NCBI GenBank assembly: GCA_963740355.1
Contig: CAVUDW010000003.1
Location: forward strand, 1,408,001-1,472,000
Source: an uncultured Gemmatimonadaceae bacterium
Lineage (GTDB): Bacteria > Gemmatimonadota > Gemmatimonadetes > Gemmatimonadales > Gemmatimonadaceae
DNA: 64,000 nt
Direction: 5' to 3'
Both the position numbers and the translations under genes were made by a program. Numbering within the stretch: the first letter of the stretch is position 1; each line of letters opens with the position of its first letter. The notes below the pieces were generated by a model that saw nothing but the letters and a program-made list of their open reading frames with translations, was not told where the DNA came from and searched no databases. This document shows, one piece after another, positions 1-9,938 of the stretch.

Positions 1-2
1 TG

Positions 3-1058
3 GCCGAACGCATCTCGAATGCGTTCGCGCGACCGTTCGTCCTCGAAGATCGTGAAGCGTTTGCGACGGCCAGCGTCGGAATCGCGATCAGCAGCGGCAC
101 CGAGAATGGCGACGACCTGCTGCGAAACGCCGACCTTGCGATGTACCTCGCGAAGAAACGCGGCAAGGCTCGCGTCGAACGATTTGCGAACCACATGCAC
201 GAAGAGGTGGTGGAGCGACTCGACCTGCTGGCCGACCTGCGGTACGCCATCGAGCGCGACGAGTTGCAGCTCGAGTACCAGCCGATCGTCGATCTCGCCA
301 CGCGATCGGTGAGTGGCCTCGAGACACTGGTGCGCTGGGATCATCCGCGTCGTGGACGTATTCCGCCGGCGGACTTCATCCCGATCGCGGAGCAGTCCGG
401 CCTGATCGTGCCAATCGGCCGTTGGGTGATGCTGCATGCCTGTGCGCACGCGCGTCACTGGAGCCGCTCGCTGCCCGACATGCCACCGGTGACCGTCACC
501 GTCAATCTTTCGGCACGCCAGCTCGGTGACGAACACCTGATCGATGATGTCGCCAACGCGTTGCGCGTGGCAGGGCTGCAGCGTGACCAGTTGGTGCTGG
601 AACTCACGGAGAGCACGTTGCTCGCCAACAGTGAAGAAACCGTCGGCATCCTGACAGCTCTCAAGCGCCTCGGCGTGCGACTGGCCATCGACGATTTCGG
701 CACGGGGTATTCGTCGCTCAGCTACCTGCACCGCTTCCCGGTGGATGTGTTGAAGATCGACAAAAGCTTCGTCGAAGGTGTGGCCGGTGGACCGGGCGCG
801 AGCGCACTGGCGAGCGCCGTGATCGCGCTTGGCAATTCACTCGGGCTGCGGACCGTGGCCGAGGGCATCGAGAGCGAAGCGCAATACGCGGTGCTGTCGA
901 GCCTCGGGTGCAAGTTCGGGCAGGGATATCTCTTCTCACATCCGTTGCCGCCAGGCGACGTGATGCCCTACCTGGTGCGATTCGGCCAGCGCGAACAACA
1001 CTTTCCCGAGTCGCGTCGCCTGTCACCGCTCACCAACGACGCGGTCTCGCAGGCCTAG
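3..1058 (+). CDS. GGDEF-EAL c-di-GMP phosphodiesterase/cyclase, 5'-truncated by window edge
   Basis: Frame is open from base 3 (ASVGIA...DLLRNADLAMY = GGDEF C-terminus). EAL domain follows: YQPIVDL, ETLVRW (EAL variant), VNLS, LELTES, IDDFGTGYSSLSYL, LKIDKSF, VAEGIE, GQGYLF. Confidence 0.93.
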   Translation, partial: AERISNAFARPFVLEDREAFATASVGIAISSGTENGDDLLRNADLAMYLAKKRGKARVERFANHMHEEVVERLDLLADLRYAIERDELQLEYQPIVDLATRSVSGLETLVRWDHPRRGRIPPADFIPIAEQSGLIVPIGRWVMLHACAHARHWSRSLPDMPPVTVTVNLSARQLGDEHLIDDVANALRVAGLQRDQLVLELTESTLLANSEETVGILTALKRLGVRLAIDDFGTGYSSLSYLHRFPVDVLKIDKSFVEGVAGGPGASALASAVIALGNSLGLRTVAEGIESEAQYAVLSSLGCKFGQGYLFSHPLPPGDVMPYLVRFGQREQHFPESRRLSPLTNDAVSQA

Positions 1059-1129
1059 GCGCACGCTGCGGGGCACGCGCCGCGAGCACGCTCGTTCGAG
1101 GCCGCTTCCAGCGGTCGTTAGCGTTACGG

Positions 1130-2062
1130 ATGACCGCCGAACGCACCACACCGCCACCGCGCGTTCTCCTCGTGGCGGCATTTGCGGCGCTCTACATCAT
1201 CTGGGGTAGCACCTACCTCGCGATCAAGATCGCCACCGAGACGATGCCGGCGTGGCCCATGATTGCCGCACGTCACCTGCTCGGCGGCATCGTGCTCTAC
1301 ACCATTCTTCGCCTCACCGGCACACCGGTTCCGCAGCGGAAACACTGGCGCGGCGGCGTGCTTGGCGGCGTGATGCTGCTGGTGATGGGCAATGGCATCA
1401 TCGCCTACTGCGCGCATCGCATTCCGAGTGGACTGGCAAGTATGGTGGTGGCCACCACTCCGATTTGGATCGTGGCCGCGGCCAGTGTCAGGCCTGGCGG
1501 ACGTGCCCCGACGCCGAAGGAATGGTGCGGCCTCGCCCTCGGTCTTGCCGGTTTGGCCCTGCTGGCCGGCCCAAGCGCAATCGCGTCGATGCGAGGCACC
1601 GCGGGTGCGGTCGATGCGGGCGCGGTTGGGCTGGTGCTGCTCGGCACGATCTCGTGGGCCGTCGGTTCGGTGATCGGGCGGGAGATGTCGAAGCCGGACA
1701 ACGCCTTCATGGGCAGCGCGCTGCAGATGTTGTCGGCTGGCATCTTTCTCACCGTGACGTGCCTCGCGACCGGGCAATGGAACACGGTCGATCTGGCGGT
1801 CGTCTCGGCACGCTCATGGTTCGCGTTCGCCTTCCTGATCTTCTTCGGGAGCCTGCTCGGCTTCACCGCATACGTCTGGCTGCTGCGTGTGGCCAAGACC
1901 TCGCACGTGTCGACCTATGCCTACGTCAATCCGATCGTGGCGCTGTTGCTCGGCGCGTCGATCGGGCATGAAGTGATCACGCGCACGATGTTGATCGCCG
2001 CCGCGATCACGTTGTGCGGTGTGGTGCTGGTGGTCATGCCGCCATTGCGATCAAGGGCGTAA
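1130..2062 (+). CDS. EamA/DMT family transporter (YedA-like)
   Basis: About 10 hydrophobic segments; IIWGSTYLAIK and STYAYVNPIVA motifs. ATG 1130 chosen over the longer ORF start. Confidence 0.9.
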   Translation: MTAERTTPPPRVLLVAAFAALYIIWGSTYLAIKIATETMPAWPMIAARHLLGGIVLYTILRLTGTPVPQRKHWRGGVLGGVMLLVMGNGIIAYCAHRIPSGLASMVVATTPIWIVAAASVRPGGRAPTPKEWCGLALGLAGLALLAGPSAIASMRGTAGAVDAGAVGLVLLGTISWAVGSVIGREMSKPDNAFMGSALQMLSAGIFLTVTCLATGQWNTVDLAVVSARSWFAFAFLIFFGSLLGFTAYVWLLRVAKTSHVSTYAYVNPIVALLLGASIGHEVITRTMLIAAAITLCGVVLVVMPPLRSRA

Positions 2063-2070
2063 GGCGGCTT

Positions 2071-2976
2071 TCACTCGCGCTTGCCGAGTGATTCCCAGAG
2101 ATGCAGCGTGGCGTAGGCGCGCCATGGTCGCCACGCCTCGGCGCGAGCGAGGATGTCACGTTTGCCGATGCTGGCGTTCGCCATGGCTTTCAGGACACCC
2201 AGATCAGCTGCGGGAAAGGCGTCCTTGTCGCCCAATGCTCGCATGCGAACGTAGTGGGCCGTCCACGGGCCGATGCCGGGCAAGGCGATCAACGTCGCCT
2301 CCGCTTCATCGGTGGGCGCGCCGCGCAGCGATTCGAGATCGATGGCACCGCTGGCCACGGCCACCGATACGCCATGCAACGTGGCTGCCTTCGCATTGGT
2401 GAGACCGATGGTGCGCAGCGTATCGGCGCCGGCTGCGGCCAGCACTGCCGGCGCAGGAAAACCGAACACCGGCGCCTGGCCTTCGACCATTGCCAGTGGC
2501 TTGCCGAATGCACGCACCAGGCGATCCGTCATGGTACTCGCGCCCACCACGCTCACCTGCTGACCGAGGACGGCGCGGATCAGTCCTTCGAACGGATCGA
2601 GCAGTTGCGGCAAACGAAGGAACGGACGGGCCTTGAGCAACGGCTTCAGCATCGCATCGCGCTTGGCGAGTGCCCGGAACGGAGCGAGGTCTGTCGCGAG
2701 ATCGAAGCTGCGCTCCACCAGTGCGCGGACTGCAGCGGGCGGGAGTGCCGGGCGAGTACGCGCAATCAGTTGATGGGCGGCGGCGTCATGCTCGAGATCG
2801 AGCAGCAGGTGTGCACCGGTGCCGTGATCGCGGACGCTCCGCAGGTAGTGCGTGCCATCCACGCGCTCCAACGCATCGACCGTGCGCACCACGAGGTATC
2901 GCAGCGTCCAGCGCACGTCGACATCCTCGGGGAGCGGAATTCGAACCCGTCGCGACCATGCCGCGCTGTCGCTCAT
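2071..2976 (-). CDS. alkA: DNA-3-methyladenine glycosylase II (AlkA family, HhH-GPD)
   Basis: DPFEGLIRAVLGQQVS, HhH motif LPGIGPWTA, DAFPAADLG, WRPWRAYATLHLW; AlkA N-terminal domain present, no Ada domain. Confidence 0.9.
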   Translation of the reverse strand: MSDSAAWSRRVRIPLPEDVDVRWTLRYLVVRTVDALERVDGTHYLRSVRDHGTGAHLLLDLEHDAAAHQLIARTRPALPPAAVRALVERSFDLATDLAPFRALAKRDAMLKPLLKARPFLRLPQLLDPFEGLIRAVLGQQVSVVGASTMTDRLVRAFGKPLAMVEGQAPVFGFPAPAVLAAAGADTLRTIGLTNAKAATLHGVSVAVASGAIDLESLRGAPTDEAEATLIALPGIGPWTAHYVRMRALGDKDAFPAADLGVLKAMANASIGKRDILARAEAWRPWRAYATLHLWESLGKRE

Positions 2977-3159
2977 ACTTGCTCTCGCCTGTGGTCTGAC
3001 ACACTGCGAGTGTTTGCGGCGTGCGGTATGGTCCAGCTCAATGGTGACATAAACGGAAGCTGGCAGCGGTCACGGAGATCTCCAAGGTGGGAATCTCACA
3101 CGATCGCTGCCAGCCAGTTGTTGCGCGTCCCGATTCTTGCGGTGCCCGTGCGGGCCAGG

Positions 3160-5268
3160 CTACGGCATCCGCACCAGTCCGAGCGACACGATGAAGGCGC
3201 GCGGGAAGCCCGGCTCGTAGGCCACGAACTGGCCAGCGACGACATCCGGGTTGAGGAAGCCCGACGTCATGTAGCGTCGATCGAGCAGGTTCTCGACCCG
3301 CACGAAACCTGTCACTCCCACGCTGCTGAAGAGACGCTTCGCCTGGCGCAAGGAGATCGTGGCGTTGAACACCGTGGCCGATGGCAGCTCGACGGTGTTG
3401 GCGTCGTTCAACATGTACGCGCCGGTGTACTGCATGTCGGCGTCGAAGCGCAGCGGCATCGACGGGGCATCCCACCGCGCCCCAACGGACCCCATCGCCC
3501 GCGGAACGCCGACGGCGGCATTGCCGGCATAGTTCGCGAATGCACCGGGCTTGCCGTAGTGCACCGAGTCGACGACGTACTCGAGGTACTTCGCACGCAT
3601 CAACGTCGCCGTGCTGCGGACGGCGAAGCCTTCTTCCAACTCCAATTCGCCGCCCAGCTCGACGCCCTGACGGCGCGTCTTGCCAGCGTTGAAGTAGAAG
3701 CGGCCGCCGCGGTACGGCACCAGCTCATCACGCACTTCGGTGTTGAAGAGCGACACCTCGTAACGCAGTGCCTTTGCGCCAGGCGCCGTGAGCGCGAGCG
3801 TGTTGCGTGTACCGATTTCGTAGGTCAGCGAACGAATCGGCTTGAGGAGCGGGCTGATGCCGGTGACGGTGTCCTGACCGAAGGTGCCAGCAGGATCGGT
3901 CTCGTTACCAGCGGGTGTTTCCACGCCGGCGCCGAGATTGGCGTAGAACAGGTTTGCGCCCGAAGGGCGATAGACGGCGCCAAGCTTGGGCGAAAGCTGG
4001 GTGTAGTTCCGTGTGGCACTGAGCTTCGGCGTGACGCGATCAGTGAGGCCGTAACGCAACGCGTCGAAGCGTGCACCGAGGTTGAGGCTGACCTTCGGCG
4101 AAACCGTCCACTCGTCTTGCACGAACAGGCCAGCGGTCGTGGCCGACTCGTTCTTGTCCTGCTGCAGCGTGGTGCCCTTCTCGCCTGCGGCAGAGAGCGA
4201 CCAGAAGCGCGCTGGACCATCCTGGTGCTGTACATCGCTGCCGACGATCAGGCTGTGCACGCCGAGGTTTTCGTGCAGGCTGATCGTGCCACCGCCATGG
4301 GTCCGGTTGAATTCGCGATATGTGCCGCGCTCGGAGCGAATGAGCTTCTTTGGCGTGACGTACGACATGATCGTGAGCACGCCTGACTGGCCGATTTCGC
4401 GATCGAGCGTGGTGCCGAAGCGGATGATCTGGTTCTCGCGGCGTTCGCGACGGGTGTTGTATGTCGCGTTGGCGAGCCGCGGCGTCGCAAGCGCCTGTGC
4501 CGCGGTGAGCGGGCCCGGAATGCCGAAGTTGTTCTGCGATGCGTTGAGGCGCAGCGCGATGCGCGTGCGAGTGCCCAACGGCGACACCAATCCCGACGAC
4601 AGCACCGAGCGATCGCTGGCCGAATTCTGGCGCCAGCCATCCGACTCGGTGCGCGATACGCTGGCGTAAACGCGCGATTCGCCGGTGCCCGTGCTGGTTT
4701 GTGCGATGGCGCGACGGAGGCCGAAGCTGCCAGCCATGGTGCGGAAATCGAATTGTGTCCCGGGCAATGGCGTGCTGTTGAGCGAGATCACGCCACCCGC
4801 CGCGTTACCCCACAGCGCAGACGAGTTCGATCGGATCACATCCACGCCCGTCATCGTCGCGAGGTCGATCAGGTCGAGACTGGTGCGTCCATCCGGCTCG
4901 GTCTCGGGCATGCCATCGATCATGACGCGAATGCCGCGCATTGTGCCGGCGTTGGAGCGATCACCCGCGCCGCGAGCACCGAAGCCGCGAATCGTGATGC
5001 GGGTATCGACGCCGCTGGAGCGCGATTGCGCCAGCACACCAGGAATGCCTTGGAGTGCATCGGCGAGCCCGATGCCGGCCGTCGCCCGCAGCCGTTCGAT
5101 GCCGACCGATGAGACAGCGAGTGGCGCCAGCAGCAACGGCTTGGTGCTGCGTGTGGCGGAGACGGTCACCTTCGGCAGGGTGGATGCCTTGGTGGTGTCT
5201 GGGCGCTGTTGGCCGGCCAGCGGGCTGGCGGCGAGGAGCGCGAACGGGAGGAGGGGGAGTCGTCGCAT
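3160..5268 (-). CDS. TonB-dependent receptor
   Basis: Signal peptide, VTVSATR TonB-box-like segment, plug (IRGFG, IDGMP, GGVI), barrel strands (GLFVQDEW, RVENLLD), C-terminal PGFPRAF. Confidence 0.92.
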   Translation of the reverse strand: MRRLPLLPFALLAASPLAGQQRPDTTKASTLPKVTVSATRSTKPLLLAPLAVSSVGIERLRATAGIGLADALQGIPGVLAQSRSSGVDTRITIRGFGARGAGDRSNAGTMRGIRVMIDGMPETEPDGRTSLDLIDLATMTGVDVIRSNSSALWGNAAGGVISLNSTPLPGTQFDFRTMAGSFGLRRAIAQTSTGTGESRVYASVSRTESDGWRQNSASDRSVLSSGLVSPLGTRTRIALRLNASQNNFGIPGPLTAAQALATPRLANATYNTRRERRENQIIRFGTTLDREIGQSGVLTIMSYVTPKKLIRSERGTYREFNRTHGGGTISLHENLGVHSLIVGSDVQHQDGPARFWSLSAAGEKGTTLQQDKNESATTAGLFVQDEWTVSPKVSLNLGARFDALRYGLTDRVTPKLSATRNYTQLSPKLGAVYRPSGANLFYANLGAGVETPAGNETDPAGTFGQDTVTGISPLLKPIRSLTYEIGTRNTLALTAPGAKALRYEVSLFNTEVRDELVPYRGGRFYFNAGKTRRQGVELGGELELEEGFAVRSTATLMRAKYLEYVVDSVHYGKPGAFANYAGNAAVGVPRAMGSVGARWDAPSMPLRFDADMQYTGAYMLNDANTVELPSATVFNATISLRQAKRLFSSVGVTGFVRVENLLDRRYMTSGFLNPDVVAGQFVAYEPGFPRAFIVSLGLVRMP

Positions 5269-5564
5269 GCCCCATCATACGCGCTGCCCATGAAAAGTGT
5301 TAATGAATTATTCACATCAATTCGCAGTCGGTCGCTCTGGATTTCCGAGGCTGACGGGGGCGGAACGCTGTGCTCGCGGCGCTCGACGAGGATGGGCACG
5401 GCGGCCGGTACGCCGGCGGCTACAGCTCAACGCCGGGGCGGCGGCCTGTCCGTTCGGCCGATGTTGCCGCCTGCGGCCCGAGGCGAGCCTTGTCTGCGAC
5501 GCAGCTGGCCGGTTCGGGCCGGGTGCGGGTACCAGGGAAAGCCCACTCTTCACTACCCCGACCG

Positions 5565-6476
5565 ATGTCGACTCTCTCCGAAATCTCAGACCAGCTCGCC
5601 GACGCCGTCAGCGCGGCCGCGGCGAGCGTCGTCGCCGTGCATGCGCGGCCCCGCCTCGCCAGCACTGGCGTCCATTGGCGCGATGGCGTGATTGTCACCA
5701 CTGATGCCACCGTCAAGCGGACCGACGACATCTCGGTCACCCTCCCCAATGGCCAGCGCGTGACCGCCACCCTGGCTGGTCGCGATGCCGGGACCGATCT
5801 CGCCGCCCTCCGCATCCCGACCGGGCTGCTGCCGGTGGCGCCGCGGTCGGCCGCCGCTGACCTGAAGCCGGGGCACCTCGTGCTCGCCTTGGCCCGCACG
5901 GGCAATGATGGGCCGCAAGCGACCTTTGGCGTGGTGAGCAGCGTGGGCGAAGCCTGGCGCACCTGGCGCGGCGGCACCCTCGATCGCCGCCTCCAGAGCG
6001 ACGTGGAGCTCTTCCCGGGCTTCGGTGGCGGACCGCTGGTCACGGCCGCTGGCACCATCGCCGGCATCAACTCGGGCGGCATGAGCAAGCCACTCTGCGT
6101 CACGATCCCGGACACGACCATCGACCGCATCCTCGACGCCGTGCTCAACCGCGGCTACGTGGCGCGCGGCTGGTTGGGCGCGAGCATGCAGGTGGTGCGC
6201 TTCTCCGACACCGCCACCGCCAAGCTTGGCTTTGATGGTCGCGGCGGCCTCGTGGTCCTGGACGTCGAGCACGACAGCCCCGCCGCGCACGGCGGCGTGA
6301 TGATCGGCGACGTGCTGGTGCGGATCGACGAAACCCGCATCACGCAGCATGACGATGTGATGGCATTCCTCGGCAGCGATCGCGTGGGCACCACGGTGCA
6401 GCTGCAAGTGGTGCGTGGCGGCGAAGTGGTGATCGTGCCGGTCACGATCGGCGAACGGCCACGCGGCGCCCGATAA
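5565..6476 (+). CDS. HtrA/S1C trypsin-like domain plus PDZ protein; catalytic His and Ser apparently substituted
   Basis: Trypsin-like fold motifs (GRDAGTDLA, PGFGGGPLV, GINS) and C-terminal PDZ (GWLG, SPAAHGG, GDVLV). TTDATV and GFGGG replace TxxHV and GxSGG. Confidence 0.85.
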   Translation: MSTLSEISDQLADAVSAAAASVVAVHARPRLASTGVHWRDGVIVTTDATVKRTDDISVTLPNGQRVTATLAGRDAGTDLAALRIPTGLLPVAPRSAAADLKPGHLVLALARTGNDGPQATFGVVSSVGEAWRTWRGGTLDRRLQSDVELFPGFGGGPLVTAAGTIAGINSGGMSKPLCVTIPDTTIDRILDAVLNRGYVARGWLGASMQVVRFSDTATAKLGFDGRGGLVVLDVEHDSPAAHGGVMIGDVLVRIDETRITQHDDVMAFLGSDRVGTTVQLQVVRGGEVVIVPVTIGERPRGAR

Positions 6477-6481
6477 CACGC

Positions 6482-7114
6482 GTGGACGATGACCTGCTTC
6501 ACCTGACGCTGGGTGCGATGCCCGCCATCGTGCGGGCTCGCCTCAGCGCGGGGCTCAATGCTCGAGGTGATGTGCTGTTGGACGACGGTCGCGCACAGCG
6601 GGCGTCGCGTTCGCACGCCGCCCACTCGGTGCACGTCACGGAGTGGCCGTACGCCGAAGACATCGTCGATCAGCGCGCCGTCACTGTTTTCCTGATCGAC
6701 CCCGGCGTGCACCCGCCGGCGTCGCAGCTCTCCCGCGGCAGCACGGGCTGGCTCCCACTCGATGCCGACGCCGACGATGTGGTGGCAGCCGCTCACGGTG
6801 TCGTCCGCGGCCTGACGGTGATCTCGCCGTCGGTGCTGCCGAACGCCGGCAGTTCACGCGACCGTCCCGCGCGCCGAGAGCAGCGCGTGGCACCGGTGAC
6901 CGCCGGCAGCGACGAGCCGCACCTCACCGACCGCGAGCTGGAAGTCCTCCGTGCGCTGGCCGAAGGCTTGGGCAACAAGCAGATCGGTGCCAGGCTCGGC
7001 ATCAGCCCGAGTACGGTCAAGTATCACCTGCAGGCGATCTTCGCCAAGCTGAATGTGCGCACGCGCAGCGAAGCGGTGTCGTACGGGCTGCGGCATGGGG
7101 TGGTGCCGCTGTAG
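6482..7114 (+). CDS. LuxR/NarL-type transcription regulator with degenerate receiver domain
   Basis: C-terminal LTDRELEVLRALAEGLGNKQIGARLGISPSTVKYHLQAIFAKL; starts 5 nt after the upstream stop. Confidence 0.88.
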   Translation: MDDDLLHLTLGAMPAIVRARLSAGLNARGDVLLDDGRAQRASRSHAAHSVHVTEWPYAEDIVDQRAVTVFLIDPGVHPPASQLSRGSTGWLPLDADADDVVAAAHGVVRGLTVISPSVLPNAGSSRDRPARREQRVAPVTAGSDEPHLTDRELEVLRALAEGLGNKQIGARLGISPSTVKYHLQAIFAKLNVRTRSEAVSYGLRHGVVPL

Positions 7115-7141
7115 GAAGTACGCGTTGCAACGCGGCGGTCG

Positions 7142-7695
7142 TGTACGCGAAAAGACAGGCCTAAGTCGTTGGCGGCCATCGGCTTGCCCCCCGATCAAGG
7201 GGTCGGAGATCTTGATCGGGGAATAACGAGGCTAAGTCGTTGCCTGTTATGGACTTGGCCTCCGATCAAGATCTCTGACCCCTTGATCGCCTGACGCGCC
7301 GATCAAGATCTCCGACCCCTTGGTCGCCTGACGCGCCGATCAAGATCTCCGACCCCGATGACGGCTGTAGGGGGCGCGGGCTGTACGCCGCAAAAACTGG
7401 CCTAAGTCGTTGGCGGACATCGGCTTGCCCCCCGATCAAGGGGTCGGAGATCTTGATCGCGGAATAACGAGGCTAAGTCGTTGCCTATTATGGACTTGGC
7501 CTCCGATCAAGATCTCTGACCCCTTGATCGATCAAGATCTCTGACCCCTTGATCGGGCCCGTTGATCGCGCCGACCCCTTGATCGCGAAACTGGCATAAG
7601 TCGTTGGCCGCATTTGATTTGCCCCTCGATCAAGGGGTCAGAGCTCTTGATTCTCCGGCGTCCAGGATTTCCGCCAGCCACCACGCGCTTGATCG
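7142..7695. repeat. Mosaic intergenic repeat array (REP/BIME-like) of 27-bp CGATCAAG-N11-CTTGATCG palindromes alternating with TAAGTCGTTG motifs
   Basis: Unit CGATCAAGGGGTCGGAGATCTTGATCG forward at 7192, 7433 and 7627 (variant); reverse at 7263, 7300, 7337 (partial), 7504, 7529 and 7571 (partial). TAAGTCGTTG motif at ~7162, 7233, 7403, 7474, 7597. A ~150-bp block (7142-7289) repeats 241 bp later. Confidence 0.92.
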
Positions 7696-7802
7696 GTTGA
7701 CACCACCGTCAGGCAATGGTGGATCGCGGCGTGATGGTACGGGCGACAGGTTTGGGCATGCCCCGCGCGATCGCACGGGCGAACGCCTCCTCCCGGTGCC
7801 CA

Positions 7803-9269
7803 ATGCTTCGATTCCCTTCCGTTGGCCGGCTCTGCGCTCTGACGGCCCTCGTGGCCACGCCGGTGGTCGCACAACTGCCACGCCCTGCCGCCAATACGGC
7901 GCCAATGCTCAGCACCCTCGACGCCGGCGCCGCGCACTACACGCAGGTGGCGCAGCAGATCTGGGGATGGGCGGAAGTCGGCTACATGGAAGCCAAGAGC
8001 TCAGCGTTGTTGCAGGCAGAGCTGAAAGGCGCGGGCTTCACCGTGACGGCAGGCATCGCGGGCGAACCGACGGCGTTCGTGGCGGAGTACGGCAGCGGCA
8101 AACCGGTCATCGCGATCCTCGGTGAGTTCGATGCGCTGCCAGGGCTCTCACAGGCCGCGACACCGGAACGATCGGCCGTCATCAACGGTGGACCCGGCCA
8201 TGGTTGTGGCCATCACCTGTTCGGCACCGCCAGCACCGCCGCAGCGATCTCGCTCAAGCAGTGGATGATCGCCAACAACGTCAAAGGCACGCTGCGCATG
8301 ATCGGCACACCGGCAGAAGAGGGCGGCGCCGGCAAGGTCTACATGGTGCGCGACGGTGTGTTCAACGATGTCGATGCGGTGATCGCCTGGCATCCGGGCG
8401 ACGAGAACTCGATCACCGGCAATCGCTCGATGGCGAATATCTCCGGCAAGTTTCGCTTCCACGGCCTGAGCGCACACGCCGCCGCTTCACCCGAGCGCGG
8501 GCGGTCGGCGCTGGACGCAGTGGAAGTGATGGACGTCATGACGAACTACCTGCGCGAACACATCCCGGACGGCAGTCGCATTCACTACGTGATCACGAAC
8601 GGCGGCAAGGCTCCGAACGTGGTGCCCGACGAGGCCGAGGTCTACTACGTGGCGCGACACGTCGACATGCGTGTCGTGCAGGACATCTGGGAGCGGATCA
8701 CGAATGCCGCGCGCGGTGCGGCACTCGGCACCGGCACCACCTTCGACCTGCAACTCGTCGGCTCGGTGTATGCGCTTCAACCGAACGAGACTTTGGCGCG
8801 TGTGCAACAGCGCGCCCTGGAGCGTGTCGGCGGCTTCACCTACACCCCGGACGAGCGGAGCTTCGCCGAGCGACTGCAGAAGTCGACCGCGTTCCAGGCG
8901 GTCCCGCTCGAGAACTCCATGCGTGTGAAGCCACTGGTGCTGGACCAGGCGGATCCGGGATCGACCGATGTCGGTGATGTGAGCTGGGTGGTCCCAACCG
9001 TGCAGTTGTCTGCCGCGACGTGGGTGCCGGGCACCGCGGCGCATTCATGGCAAGCGGTCGCGGCCGGCGGCATGAGCATCGGCTCGAAGGGCATGATGGT
9101 GGCCGCGAAGGTGATGGCACTCACGGGTGCCGACCTCTTCACGTCACCGGCGACCATCGACGTCGCCAAGGCGGAGTTGGTGCGGCGTCGCGGGCCGAAC
9201 TTCACCTACACCACAGCGCTCGGCACGCAGAAGCCACAGCTGGACTATCGGAAGGGCAGCGTACCCTGA
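7803..9269 (+). CDS. M20 family amidohydrolase (AbgB-like), secreted
   Basis: Signal peptide; GEFDALPG, GHGCGHHLFG, GTPAEEGG, WHP, GSTDVGDVSW, AHSW motifs. Confidence 0.9.
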   Translation: MLRFPSVGRLCALTALVATPVVAQLPRPAANTAPMLSTLDAGAAHYTQVAQQIWGWAEVGYMEAKSSALLQAELKGAGFTVTAGIAGEPTAFVAEYGSGKPVIAILGEFDALPGLSQAATPERSAVINGGPGHGCGHHLFGTASTAAAISLKQWMIANNVKGTLRMIGTPAEEGGAGKVYMVRDGVFNDVDAVIAWHPGDENSITGNRSMANISGKFRFHGLSAHAAASPERGRSALDAVEVMDVMTNYLREHIPDGSRIHYVITNGGKAPNVVPDEAEVYYVARHVDMRVVQDIWERITNAARGAALGTGTTFDLQLVGSVYALQPNETLARVQQRALERVGGFTYTPDERSFAERLQKSTAFQAVPLENSMRVKPLVLDQADPGSTDVGDVSWVVPTVQLSAATWVPGTAAHSWQAVAAGGMSIGSKGMMVAAKVMALTGADLFTSPATIDVAKAELVRRRGPNFTYTTALGTQKPQLDYRKGSVP

Positions 9270-9299
9270 AGTAGCGCCGGGAGGCGCGGAGCACGAACG

Positions 9300-9782
9300 A
9301 TGCTTACTGAATTGCGGCACCTGCGCGATCACATGGCATGGGCTGACGATGCCATCCTCGATGCACTGGCGGGCGCCGCTGAACTGCCGGTCGAGGCGGC
9401 GCGTGAGTTTGCGCATGTGCTGGGCTCGGAGGAATGCTGGCTCGCGCGTCTCGAATCGCGCGCGCCACGTTCGGCGATCTGGCCGAGCGTCAATCTCTCG
9501 GAGCTGATGCAACTCGCGGTTGACGTGCAGGTGGGATACGCGCGGCACCTCGATGCGCTCACCGAAGCCGACTTGCATCGCATCGTGACCTACACGAACA
9601 GCGCCGGTATCCTCTTCGAGACATCGGCGCGTGACATCCTGCATCACGTCTTCCTCCACTCACAGTATCATCGCGGCAAGGTGAACCTGTTGCTGCGCCA
9701 GGCTGGCCTGGCCCCGACGCCGGTTGACTACATCGGGTTCATTCGCGGATTCCCGGCCGCCGTCACACGAGTCGGCGGCTAG
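9300..9782 (+). CDS. DinB family protein
   Basis: HMAWAD, FAHVLGSEECW, ILHHVFLHSQYHRG metal-binding His pattern, ending PVDYI. Confidence 0.85.
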   Translation: MLTELRHLRDHMAWADDAILDALAGAAELPVEAAREFAHVLGSEECWLARLESRAPRSAIWPSVNLSELMQLAVDVQVGYARHLDALTEADLHRIVTYTNSAGILFETSARDILHHVFLHSQYHRGKVNLLLRQAGLAPTPVDYIGFIRGFPAAVTRVGG

Positions 9783-9938
9783 GGCACGCCTCTTCCGTCA
9801 TCACATTTCTCGGTCGGCATTCACGCACCATGGTGCGCGCCGGTGTGCGATACGTGATCGAGAAAAGGCCGTTGTCATTGTGCAGGACCTCCATGGCCTG
9901 ACCAGCGCGTGGCGTGCATCGCGCGATACATTCCCGCG

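Noticed and set aside
2101..4386. 761-aa plus-strand ORF, and similar long antisense ORFs (22162-23895, 30005-31768, 10947-12293)
   Set aside because: These are shadow frames of well-supported opposite-strand genes in high-GC DNA, with Arg/Ala-rich composition and no motifs.
7142..7695. CRISPR array
   Set aside because: Repeats occur in both orientations, intervening sequences are themselves repeated and irregular in length, and no cas genes are present in the window.
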